From Hemiscyllium ocellatum (Eukaryota), in the NCBI RefSeq assembly GCF_020745735.1, contig NC_083409.1, forward strand, positions 17,938,341-18,002,340: a stretch of 64,000 nucleotides of DNA, given 5' to 3'. Position 1 is the first letter of the stretch, and the number at the start of each line of letters is the position of its first letter. The position numbers and the translations under genes are program-made. The notes beneath the pieces were generated by a model that saw only the letters and a list, made by a program, of their open reading frames with translations, did no database searches and had not been told where the DNA came from. Below, piece after piece: positions 50,101-62,493 of this stretch.

Positions 50101-51009
50101 GCTGCAGTCTGTGTGCTGTAGGTTGACCCACAATGTGTGGAGGAAGGGAATTCCAGGATTCTGACCCAGTAACAATGTAGGAACAGTGATATATTTCCAT
50201 ATCAGAATGCTGAATGGCTTGGAGGGGAACGTGCAAAGAGTGGTGTTCCTGTGTATCAGCTACCATGTCCTTCTTGATGGACGTGGTCATGGGTTTGGAA
50301 GGTGCTCTCTCAGGATCTTTGCTGAACCTCTGCAATGTATCTTGTAGATAGTGCACACAGCTGTTACTGAGGGTCAGTGTGGAGGCAATGGATATATGTC
50401 GATGTGGTGCCAATCAAGCCAGCTGCAATTTGATAAACAAGATTTAAATAAAACAAAATAACATAAAACAGGTTAAAATTAAATAAAATCATCAAAAACT
50501 GTGGTGTCTTTTGATAAAACATTACTGAATCCAAAACATTATTCCCTCCTCTCTCTAATGTGGCTGCACCTGTTCCCTTTCTCCAGCATCACGCACTATT
50601 TGAGATTTGCAGTATTTTACTTTTGTATCTGTTTTAATACCATTGGTTATAAGAGAAGCATCGGCCAGCACACTGGGGAGAGTTTCCCTGAGACGGTCAC
50701 AAAGCCCTTATATTCACATTGACCTGAGAGGGCAGTGGTTTAACCGATCATCCAGCAGATGGCGTCTTTGCCTTTGCCAGCCTCAGGATAGTGCACCAGT
50801 GTCTGGAGTGGGGCTTGAAACCTGCAGGTTCAGGTGACGGTGTTATCACTGAACCGTCTACTCTTTCCTGGGATGTGGGTCTTGCTGGCAAGATCAGCAT
50901 TTGTTCTCTATCCCTAACTGTCCTGAAACTGAGTGGCTTGCTCGGCCTTTCAAATGGGAGGAGAAAGTGAGGTCTGCAGATGCTGGAGATCAGAGCTGAA
51001 AATCAGGGA

Positions 51010-51045
51010 TTTTCTGAAGAAGGGCTTATGCCCGAAACGTCGAAT
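51010..51045 (+). ncRNA. Minimal hammerhead ribozyme motif with intact core and GUC site
   Basis: TTTT-CTGAAGA-A-GGGC TTAT GCCC-GAA-ACGT-C-GAAT. Confidence 0.7.
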
Positions 51046-51929
51046 CTCCTGTTCCTTGGATGCTGCCTGACCTGCTGTGCTTTTCCAGCAACACATTTTC
51101 AGCTCGGCCTTTCAAATGGCAGGTAAGGGTCAACCACATTGCTGGAGTCCTAGCAGAGTCAGACAGCTACAACAGGTCTACAAGAACAAGGCCATTCGGC
51201 CCAATGAGCCAAAGCCAGCCAAAACAACCACCTCACTATTCTAATTCCATGTTCCAGCACTTGGCCCGTAGCCCTGTGTACCTTGGCATCACAGCTGCAC
51301 ATCAAAATGCTTCAATGTTATGGGAGAGCTTCTGCCTCAACTACCCTTACAGAAAGCAAGTTACAAATGACCACCACCTTCTGCATGAAAGCGTGTTTCC
51401 TCACATTCCCTCTTAATCTTCTGCCATTTCACTCAAATCTCTGCCCCCAGTCATTGATCATGAAATAACTCCACATCATCAAGTCACCCTTTATTTACAC
51501 ATCAACCATCCTTGACTGTAATGTCTCATATAGAGTTAGGCACCAGAGGCACAGGGTCCCTAACACTCAACCTGTTTGATGTCAGTAAGTCATCTCCCTC
51601 TTATATCCTTGCAAGGATTTGAGATTTTCTTGTGAAACTCCTTTGGGACTTTTTAATGACACAGAGTCTTCCACACACTCCCATCTCTCTTGATGCTCAC
51701 CCTTGTCTGGTTAATTCTTCCCATTTCCTTCTCTTCTTTCAGTTCATTCCATTTCAGTAAAGCCTGTGATATTTCCACGGAGGATGTGTACTTGAAACCG
51801 CCAGAGAGAAGCTCCTGTGAAGAAGCACTACAATAGAAGGAAGGCTGATATTTGCAGGAAGCCTGGACTGTGCCCTTGCGAACCTTTTCCAAACATTTCC
51901 ATGTGATCTGTCAGCTTCCTTCAACTCTT

Positions 51930-53980
51930 CCCATTTCCTCCAAATCCAGTGGGTGGCCATGGGTCCCAGCTATGTCTGCTTGTTGTCGGCTACATCAAAC
52001 AACACCTCACCAGGACATGCACAGGCACTGTTCCCCAAATCTTCCGCCATTACATCAGTGACTGCATCAGTACTGCATCCTGAACTCAGGCTGAACTGGA
52101 GCTGTTCATCAACTTTGCTAACAACTTCCAACCTGCCCTCAAATTCACACCCGGACCAACCAACCCAACCACCCCATGGCTCAACACTTTAACTCTCCCT
52201 CCCACTCCACCAAGGACATGCAGGTCCTTGGACTCCTCCATCGGCAGAACATAACAACATGACGGTTGGAGGAAGAGCGCCTCATCTTCCGCCTGGGAAC
52301 CCTCCAACCACAAGGGATGAACTCAGATTTCTCCAGTTTCCTCATTTCCCCTCCCCCCACCTTGTCTCAATCGATTACCTCAAACTCAGCACCGCCCTCC
52401 TAAACTCTAATTTTCTTCCTGACCTCTCCACCCCCACCTCCACTCCGGCCTATCACCCTCACCTTGACCTCCTTCCACCTATCACATCTCCATCACCCCT
52501 CCCCCAAGTCCCTCCTCCCTACCTTTTATCTTAGCCTGCTGGACACACTTTCCTCATTCCTGATGAAGGGCTTGTGCCCGAAACGTTGAATTTCCTGTTC
52601 CTTGGATGCTGCCTGACCTGCTGCGCTTTAACCAGCAACACATTTTCAGCCCTGCTCTCCAGCATCTGCAGACCTCACTTTTTACTCTTAAATTCACGTA
52701 GTCTATCTTGGACAAATCCTTCTCCTTTCTTGACCGCCCCATTTCCATCTCCGGTGACAGTCTAGGAACAGACATTTACTGTAAACCCACAGACTCACAC
52801 AACTACCTGGACAACACCTTCTCCCAACCAGTATCCTGAAAGAACACCGTCCCGTTTTCCCAATTCTTCCATCTCCATCACATCTGCTCGAACAAGGAGA
52901 CGCTCCCCTCCTAAGTGTCCAGATGTCCACCTATTTTTAATCATGTACTTTTCCCAGCTCTGCCATCCAGAAAGCCCTCCACCGCACCTCCTCCATTCTC
53001 TGCTCTCCAAATCTAAACACCCCCCTCCAAAATTCAATAAAGACAGGATCCCCCTTGTCTTCAACTTACACCCCACCAATCTCCACATCCAACATATCAG
53101 CCTCAAAAAATTCTGCCAACTCCAGCTCGACCCCACCACCATGAACATCTTACCCTCCCCACCCCTCTCTGCCTTCCACAAGGACTGTTCCCTTTGACAA
53201 TCCTTGGTTTTCACCACACTTCACACCTACCCCCTCCTCCCCCAACAAAACCCTGGTACCTTCCCCTGCAACCGTAAAAGATGCAAAACCTGCCGACACA
53301 CCACCCCTGTCATTTCCATCCAGGGCCCCAGTCCTTCCAGGTCAGACAGTGGTTCACCTGCCTCTCCTCCAACCTAGTTTATTGTATCCGGTGCACCCGT
53401 TGTGGTCTTCTCTGCATCGGTGAGACCAAACATAAATTAAGGACATGTTTTGCTGAGTATCTCAGCCAGGCTCACAAAGGCTGACCTGGCCTCCCAGTCA
53501 CTGCCTATTTCAATTCCCCTTCCTATTCCCTCTCAGACATGACCATCCCCTGCTTCCTCCATTGCCAAAAGCAATCAGACTGCAAATTGGAGGAACAAAT
53601 AATCATCTTTTGCCTGGGAAGCTTACAACCCAGAGGAATCAACATTGAATTCTCTAGTTTCAAAAAGCCTCCCTTTCCCAACTTTCGACTCTCTTTCCAG
53701 TCCCCCTCCTCCATTCTATTCCACTTACAGACCCTCCCTTTCAGCCACCAAATGAATTCATTCCTCCCATCAACCAACCACTTCAAACCCTCTACCTGTG
53801 TTCATCCATTAATGCCTACCACTCCACCATTACCCCCACCCGCCCAAACAACTGATCCCACCTTGATTTGCAGCTCCCCTTACCCCCACCTGCAGTTCTG
53901 AAGAAGGATTATACCCGAAATGTTGACTGCTCCACCTCCAGATTCTGCCTGACTTGCTGTGTTCTTCCAGCCTCCTGTAA
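51930..53980 (+). mobile_element. Two adjacent PLE fragments, each ending in a hammerhead-bearing terminal repeat
   Basis: RT/EN remnants (LELFINFANNFQPALKF; NLVYCIRCTRCGLLCIGETK; KLEEQIIIFCLGSLQPRGINIEF). Termini at ~52500-52680 and ~53890-53980. Confidence 0.8.
52556..52591 (+). ncRNA. Minimal hammerhead ribozyme motif
   Basis: ATTC-CTGATGA-A-GGGC TTGT GCCC-GAA-ACGT-T-GAAT, with helix I ATTC/GAAT and helix II GGGC/GCCC fully paired. Confidence 0.75.
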
Positions 53981-56901
53981 GCTTCCATCCCAGCCTGGTA
54001 ACCATCTCGGACACTGGAAGGAAATGCCCAGGGAGCAGGTTAACGTGGTGCAAAAAGCCTTTCAGCTGAAGCTTCAGTGTTTGCCTTCAGTGTGGATTTT
54101 CAGTTACTGATTTGCTCCCCTGTTATGTGACAGGAAGAAAGAACACTTGTTGGTGCAGTGTTTTTTTTAATTCTCCCAGGATATTTAAAGCTGCCTGCAC
54201 AGTGCAATCACCTTCACAAGACAAAATGCTGAGATCCCAAAATCAGCAAACGAATGATGAGACAAATCTTTTTGGTGGCATTAGTTGAATATTGAGCAGA
54301 TAGCTGAGGGAATCTCTTCAGAATGGGACTTGTCGAGCCCCCTGAGGTGGAGGGATTGGGGTCTGGGTGGTGCTGGTGGGGCTTTAAATGAACATCCCAT
54401 ACATAACATTGTGCCAGAGTTCACTGCAGTCTCAACCTGGATTCTGTGTTCTCATTTCTGAGGTGGCTTTCAATGCAATGACCATTTGACTCTGAAGCAG
54501 GAGCATTGCCCATGGAGTCACCGTCAGTAACAATGTAAACTGTGTAGCTCTGAAAGCCTAAGTCTGTATTTCAGCTTAGAAGGATATCATCTCATTCATC
54601 AAATCTGTTTCTGCCCCTCTGCAGGCTGACCAGGATGCTGGTGCCTTTCCAATACTTCCAGGATTTCCCATGTGTCACAGCTCATTCTCCTGAGGGATAG
54701 TTTACTCGGTGTCAAAAAGTGTGGCGCTGGAAAAGCACAGCAGGTCAGGCAGTTGTGCTCAGGCCGAGGACATGACCTTGTCCCTCTGTCAGACCCTCTT
54801 CGAGAAACCCATGGCTCACCACCGCCCTCTCCAGGACAGTTAGGGAAGGGCAACAGCAAGGATAGAGATGGGGACGCACAGATGCAAGTGCTGTACTCTG
54901 CAGTTTGGTGACCCACTTTGATAGCTGTTTGTTCGATCTTTGAGAGTAATTAATTTTTTGCTGATCCTAGTGTCAATCCAAAGGACACTTCACCTTTCAG
55001 TCTGACAAACCAGGGTCACCCATGTCATGGCTCTGTTTCTGGCTGAGAGTCCAGTCTTTCAAAGAGATGAATTCAAGCCTCACCAGTTTGATCATTTTAA
55101 TTTTACATCATTTCTCCTGATTTCTCCTGGGATGGGGCGGGCGTTGACGTGTTGGTTATTGGTTGCCTTTCCCTAATTGTCCTGGAGAGGCCGGTGGTGA
55201 GCCATGTAATATCCGGAAAGGAAGGCGCTGGAATCTGTCCAAAATAGACAGGAAATTCAATGTGATGTTCACAAATGTTCTTTCGGCGAGGGTGCCTGGT
55301 CTGTGACTCCTGCCCCACTGTGACATGATCCATTTTTAATGACCCCATGATCTGGCTCAGCAAAGAACTTAGTCCAAGCAACTGGGGGTGGGCAATAATT
55401 ATGAAGCTCACCAATGATGAAGCAGAAATAATAATGAGAAGGAATAATGCAGCTCCTTGCTCTCTGCCTTTTAGCCTCAGAGCCAGCACACTCTCACCGT
55501 TCTGGGTTTCTAATCCTGTAACATTAATTCATTAAAGTGTGGGAATATATGAAGAGGGTTTATTTTGAATTATAAGGCTTCTTTTCTCCGTGACTCTCTC
55601 CTTTTCAATCCCCTACAATCCTGTCACCAGATACTTGTGCTGACAGCCTTGTTGTGCAGAGTGAAAGCTCTCGGTGTTCTCTGAGGCCTCACTGCCTTGT
55701 GTCTGTCTCCACTGCAACATAAGGCAAATGACGTGTTTCTAAAACACTGTTGAACTTAAAAGCCAGCAAAGAAAATGACTGCAACAAGAGTTGAGTTGGT
55801 CTTGTTCAAGAAAATAGTTTTCATTTTAAAATTACATTTCTGTCAGTGAGTGACAAAGGAAAGATGTGGGTCCAGGATTGCTGCAGCCTCTGTCAGAACA
55901 TAGGGCCCAGGAGCAGGAGCAGGCCTTTTGGGAGCTGCTGTGCCAATGAAGAAGATCACTGCTCATCTGGGTGTGGTCTCACCTGTACTTTCTGCTTCCC
56001 CACCCCCTCCCATTATCCTTAATTGCCTTGTTCATCAAAAAATCTGTCGACTGCAACTTGTGCCAACTCCATGAGTGAACCTCCATTCCCATGTAGAGAA
56101 GAGAATTCCACAGACTATCAATCCTCAGCGAGAAAACCCCTCCTTCCTTTTCATGGGAGCCTATTTTGTGCTAAACTGGCTCTCCAGTTCTCGTCTGCCC
56201 GATAACAGGAACCACCCTCTCAGTATCCAGCCTGTGATGTCACCTGCAGATCAGAAACTGTTAATGAGAGAGAACAGGTTACATCAGTGAGACGTTTCCC
56301 CAGAGATGATGAACAATGTTGATGTAAATTGCTTTCTCCAGTGCCAGAGTCCAGAACAAGAGGGTTGTTAAATTTGTAATTCAGACAATTTCAGGAAAAA
56401 TTACTTCCGACAGAGTGATGGAAATCTGGAACCCTCAATCCAAAATAAAAAGCTGTTGAGGTTGGGTTTCAATATCCATTTTCTCAGGGCAATACGGTTT
56501 ACAGGACAAAGGGAGAATGTATTCCAGGTCAGCCATGGCCTGATTAACTGGGGAACTAGGTCAAAGCAACTGATTGGTCATTCCCACTGGAATCCACTGG
56601 AATGACTACTGGTGTGTTTGCAGCTAATGGAAGGAGTCATTACCCATAGTCTTCAGTAGCTGTGGAAGTCCTCCATAGTAACTAGAAAGCAGCTGTTTCA
56701 CTGTGCCTGAACAATACAACGTCAGAGGACACACTACACCAGGTTCTAGCCCAAATGATTAATTTGAAATCACAACCTTCTGAAGCGCTGCTCCTTTATC
56801 AGGTGTACCCAGTTCAGCATCGGCATCCCCACATCACTGAACAGTCTCAATAAACTGGGGCTGTGTGAGGATCTAACCGGCTCAATCTGTACAAATGAGG
56901 G

Positions 56902-56936
<35 letters not shown>

Positions 56937-57419
56937 TTGAACCAGGATACCTAATTGCACCACAATAAAAATGGTCTGCGTGCTATGATATATCAAAAAG
57001 ACGAACTTTGGTATAACTTTTGATTGTCCTCACAGTGTGCTGTTTTATTCATGATGTGATACACGGAGACTATGTCAGCGTTGGGTGGCAAAAAGTATAT
57101 TTTCTCCACTAAAACCTTTCCAAAACTCTCCTTCAATCTTGCTTTAATCCTTATTGACTCTTCTACAATTGCCTCTATTTCCTCACTCCTTTCCGGTCCC
57201 AAAGGAACATATGGACAGACTTCATGACCCCACTCTGTCTTAAATTTCATGTGTAGTGTGTTGGAGCTTCGGCCCCTCCCTCAGGCCCAGGTGTAGGGGC
57301 CTGTTCAACAATCTGCACATTGTCCTTTGTCTCTTTCTGAATGAACTGGATCAAGTTGCAGTAATGATCTGGCAACAAGGTGTCTTGACTAAAATGTTCC
57401 CAGCACTGGGTACAGAACT

Positions 57420-58490
57420 GGCTGTGTCAGAGGAGACAGAGGGCAGTGATGGAAGGATGGATTTCAGAATGGAGGGCTGTGTCTTGTGGGGTTTCACAGG
57501 GATCAATGATGGGACCTTTGCTGTTCATGGTCTCCATCAGTGATTTGGACGAAAACATGGCTAGTCTAATTGATGAGTTTGTGGATGCCACAAAGATTGC
57601 TGGAATCGCAGTTAATGATCAGATTATTAGAGGATACAGCAAGACATAGATCAATTGGATGCATGGATAGAAAATGGCAGATGAAGTTTAGTCCAGATAA
57701 ATGTGAAATTATGCATTTTGAAAGATGAAACACGTGGCAGGATACCTGCACAGTGAATGGCAGAATCCATTGGAGTATTGATGTGCAGAGGGATCTGGAT
57801 GTACATGTTCACAGATCACTGATTGTGGCAGCACCTAAGGTAGTAAAAAAGGCCAATGGCACACTTGGCTACATTGGGAGGAGCACTGAGAATTAGGATA
57901 GACAAGTTATACTGCAGCTTTACTGAACTTTAGTTTGGCCACACTTGGAATATTTGCGTAGAGTTCTGGTCACCACATGAGGAGAAGGATATGGATGTTT
58001 TGGAGAGGGTACAGAACATTTTTACCAAGAATGCTGTCTGATATGGAGGGTTTTAGTGATGAAGGAAGGTTGGATAGACTGGATTTGTTTTCATTGGAAT
58101 CAGGGGGTTGAAGGGCAACCTAATAGAAATTGATGAAGTTGTGAATAGCATGGAGAGAGTGGGAAATATGAGGGTTTTTCCCAGGGTAGAGGGGTCAGTT
58201 ACTAGGGGACACAGGTTCAAGGTGGGGGGGGGGGGATTTAAAACAGATGTGTGAGCTAAATAGTTCGCACAAACGGTGGTGAGGGACTGGAACACACAGC
58301 CAATGGAGGTGGTGGAAGCAGACACAATAGCAGCTTTCAAGAGATACCTGGATGAATACATGGATAGGAAGGGAATAGAGGGATATGAATCCTGTAGGTG
58401 AATACAGTTTCAGTGAAGAAGGGCAAAATGTGTCAGCACAGGCCGGGAGGGCCAAAGGGCCTGTTCCTGTGCTGTATTGTTCCTTGTTCT
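57420..58490 (+). mobile_element. CR1 LINE RT 3' portion
   Basis: W..VSCGVSQGSMMGPLLF...ISDLDE...EFVDATKI motifs and a typical 3' tail. It splits the paralogous block 57150-58670. Confidence 0.75.
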
Positions 58491-60719
58491 TTGATCCCTG
58501 CTGTTGAATTGGATTCTCGGGAGCCAGCTCCGTATGAAGAGCCTGTTCTCATTCTTTTGTTGGAGTTCATGGGGCAGCTGCTGCTTCCTTGCTACGTCAC
58601 TGATCAAACCAACAACGCGGGAAGACTCATGATGGAGTGGGTGGTTGTTTGAATTCTCACTTGTGTTAATACAGTTTTAAATGTGTCAGTGTACTTTCCC
58701 CTCTCCCTGTGGAGAGGGTCACTGCCAGTGTCCCCACCCCACCTTTTCACTCTTATAGTGATAGCATTTTTAGCATTCCTTCTGTCGGAAAATGCTGTCA
58801 TTCACACATCCCCCGCCCCAACCCACACCCCCAACCACTCAAGCTCTCGGGCACTGGGTGGGGGTGAATGGAATTTTAACCTTTATTGCTGCAGGTCGGA
58901 ATTTAAAAATAGAGAAACCTTGTACCAATTCTAATGGGTGTGAATGAGCCTGCACGTGCAGTGCTGTGTGCAGTTTTGGTCCCTGTATTTAAGAAAGGAT
59001 GGACTGGCATTGGAAGCATCCTCCTGCTCCAATTTCTCACAGCCGAACTGGTTTGGAGCCTGCTTGCAGTAGCAGCCTCCAGCCTCTGGGTGGTGCCTTG
59101 CCCAGCTTCCCAATTCCTCTCCCCAGTCTCCTGCTGCAGCAGGTGGGAGAGGCGATATAATGGACCACTCGGTTATCCTCAATCCCTCCCCCATCTCCCA
59201 AACTCTCCAACCGAGCCTTCCCCCTTATGATTGGAGCTGTGCCTTCAGTCACCCAGCCCTCAGCATGGGGATTTCCTCCACAAACCCCTCTCTCTTCTTA
59301 GAATGAGCTTTTTGTCTCCTTTTGGTCACCATCACAAACACCGTATGTCCCCACCTTTTGAATAGTTACTATATTAAAGATGCTATATGAATACAAGTTG
59401 TTGTTGTTGATATTACTGACCAGGAGTTATTTATTGACAGGTTTCACCGATATAAGAGGAAAGGGAATGACCATGGCTGTAGAGAGGTAATCATTTTCAG
59501 CCAACTGTACCACTAACACCAGCTCATCAAACGTCCTTAAAATAGTTCTTTCCAAACCCATGACTGCTTCAGTCTGGAACGACAAGGGCAGCAGATATAT
59601 GGGAACACCAAATCCCTGGAAGTTCCATACAAGCCACTCACCATCCTGACTTTGAACTGTTCCTTCACTGCCATTGGGTCAAAATCCTGGAATTTTCTCT
59701 CTCAGGGCTTCATGAGTCTATCTACAGCACATGGACGCAACGGTTCAAGAAAGCAACTCAGTACCAACTTCACCAGGGCAACTAGGTATAGGTAATAAAT
59801 GCTGGCCCATTCAGTGAACCCCACATCCCATGAAGGAACTTTAAGAAGCCCATTTCCTTTGACATCTCCCTTCCACCCAGCCTAATACTCAGGCCTCATT
59901 GGCTGCTTGGGTTTTATTTGCCATTCCATCCTATTCTCCACTCTGTGTCCTGTCCCTGAGATCCTGGTCAATAGTTCGCTGTTATTGTGGGAACCAGCTG
60001 AGAGGAAATGGGCTGTCACAGTTCCCACATTACAACAATGACTAGACTTTGCAAGTATTCCATTAGCTGTAAAACATCTTTGAACATCCTGAGCTCATGA
60101 ACGGTGTAACAGAAGTGCAATTCTCTCTCCTTTTTGTTTCCTCTCCATGCCTTCCCATCTGTCTCCCCACAACATCCCTTCCTTGTTTAAAATCTAGAAT
60201 GAATTATGAATCTCTGAGAGAACTTAATCTGCGGCAACATTGAGACTAACAACAACCACCTCCTTGGTGGGCTTTGAGTGTGAAAACAATAACACTCTCA
60301 CTGGGACTTGATCTGGGTTGTCTCCAGTCAGTCAGTGTTATTGTTCTGGGGCCAGACAGTACTGACCAACCTTAGACCCTGTGATTTGATTGAGATGAAT
60401 GGTAGCCTGTGCTGAGCTTTAACACTCGGGTCAGTGTAGTGAAGCAGGGATTGCACATTTCCCAAGAGAGTAAAACGAATTAACAAACCAGTGTCCCTCC
60501 CTGACGCTGGACAGTTGGGAGACAGGGACAGTAGCATCCTCAGACAGAAAGGATGGCAGAAATAGTATGGCCCCAAAGAGGGAGGGGACAGGAACAACAA
60601 CACTACCCTGAGAGAAAGGGGACAGTTACAGTGACACTCCCCAGAGACAGTAACTGCCTGTTAACTATTTTTTTGTTGTGTTCTGATGAATGTCCTTGGG
60701 AAATTGGTTTGGTTTATAT

Positions 60720-60957
60720 TTTCTCAGTTGTATTCGGGTTTGATGAGGTGATTCGGGAACAAGGATTCCAATTCTATATTTCCTGTAGCAGCAGATCCAC
60801 TGAAGGTCATCCTTTCATTTGGAGCTTGCCCCAGGTTTCTGTCCAGGCTGATACAACATGATCTACCAGTGCTGCTCCTATTGGGCGAAATCATCACACA
60901 CCAAGGAATCTGACGCCACTTTCTCTTTGTGCTGGTAAAGGGAGAGATTTGCGTTTC
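60720..60957 (-). pseudogene. Degenerate Ig V-type relic
   Basis: TTTCTTTGTCCGCCATTGCAG acceptor, then in one frame G NANLSLYQHKEKVASDSLVC, 13 codons, LYQ (TTG for TGG) PGQKPG; after a shift QAP...FSGS. Confidence 0.5.
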
Positions 60958-61736
60958 CTGCAATGGCGGACAAAGAAATGGGACAGGAGAAAATGGGTTG
61001 TTTTCCTTGAAAGCTGGACGTAGTGGGATGAGAATTCAAACACCCACCCACTCTGTTACATGGTGTCGAAGACCCACTGTCCTCATCAAAACATGTTTGC
61101 AAAGCTCTTCGTAACACGTAAGGGGAGAGAAGCATTGAAAACTGTGTTATCATGAATGAGGGTCCATTACAAACTAGGACCATGACGTTAAATGATCCTA
61201 GAAATGATATATTTCCATCATTCGTTTATTAAGCAATATTAAAATGTCTGCAATCAGAAAGAAAAACCAAAACAATGTGCAGATTGTTGAACAGGTCCCT
61301 ACACCTGGGCCTGAGGCAGGAGCCCAAGCTCCAACACACTGGCCTCACTTCACACCAACCTTCACACAGTGTGGGGTCATGAACTCCCAGCCATCAATCC
61401 CTCTGGGACCGGGACAGAGTGAGGGAACAGGGACAATTGTAGAAGTGTCAATAAGAGAGTAAGGAAAGATGGAGAGGGTGTTTTGGAAAGTGTTTAATGG
61501 AGGGAACATACTTTGTGTCACTCAGCACTGACATAATCTATGTGTATCACAGAATGAATAAAAAAAGCACACTATGAAGACGATCATATCACAGGGGAAA
61601 TTTCACTGGGGTGTGATAAATATCCTGGTTCAGAAGCTTTTCCCCCCCCCTCTCTCTCTCTCCGCATTTCTACGGATTGAACCGGTTAGACCCGAGCAGG
61701 GCCCCAGTTCATTTGTTCTCTTCAGGGACAGTGGAA

Positions 61737-61756
61737 CAGCTGCCCTCTAGTGGCTA
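61737..61756 (-). promoter_or_regulatory. Strong CTCF consensus motif
   Basis: Minus strand TAGCCACTAGAGGGCAGCTG versus the core consensus CCACYAGRGGGCRC. Confidence 0.6.
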
Positions 61757-62493
61757 TAGAGTGCTGGTACCGCTGCTGAGAACCACGCGTCAACTCCCGG
61801 GCCATGAGCATCTGAACGAAACTGCAGCCATTCCGGTGGATTCCAGTGGGAATGAGTTATCGGTTGTTTCGGCCTGGTTCACCAGTCAGTCAGTCAGGCC
61901 ATGGCTGACCTGGAACATATTCCCACTTAATTCTGTAACACTTACCTTCCTGAGCGAATGAACATTGAACCCTGACCTTGACAGCTTTGTCAGACTGAGG
62001 GTTCTAGATTTCCACCACTCTTTGTCAGGAAGAGTTCCTCCTGAAATCTTTCCCAATTCTAATTTTATCCATCCTCTTGTTCTGGATTCGGACATTGGAG
62101 AAAACAGCTTACATCAACACCATTCTTCATTCCCAGGGAAAAGCCTCGCTTTTCCAACCTGTTCTCTCTCATGAACAGTTTCTGATCTGAAGGTGACATC
62201 ACAGGCTGGATACTGAGAGGGTGGATCCTGTTATAGGGCAGACGAGAACTGGGGGCCGGTTTAACACAAACCAGTGTTTAACACAAATTTTGAGTGGGAG
62301 CAGCGGCTGAGTAAAAGCGAACCCGGAAGACTACAGCTAAGGTAAGACAGTTTGTTTTAAAATTACTTACCTGTAGCGGGCAGCGGTGTTTTTTTTCTCT
62401 ATCTTCACAGAAATAGCGGGTGCAGCAGGGGAAGTGACGGCTACCAGAGGGGCAGCCAGGAAGGAAAGCAGTGAGTTGTCCCTGTTCCCTGGG

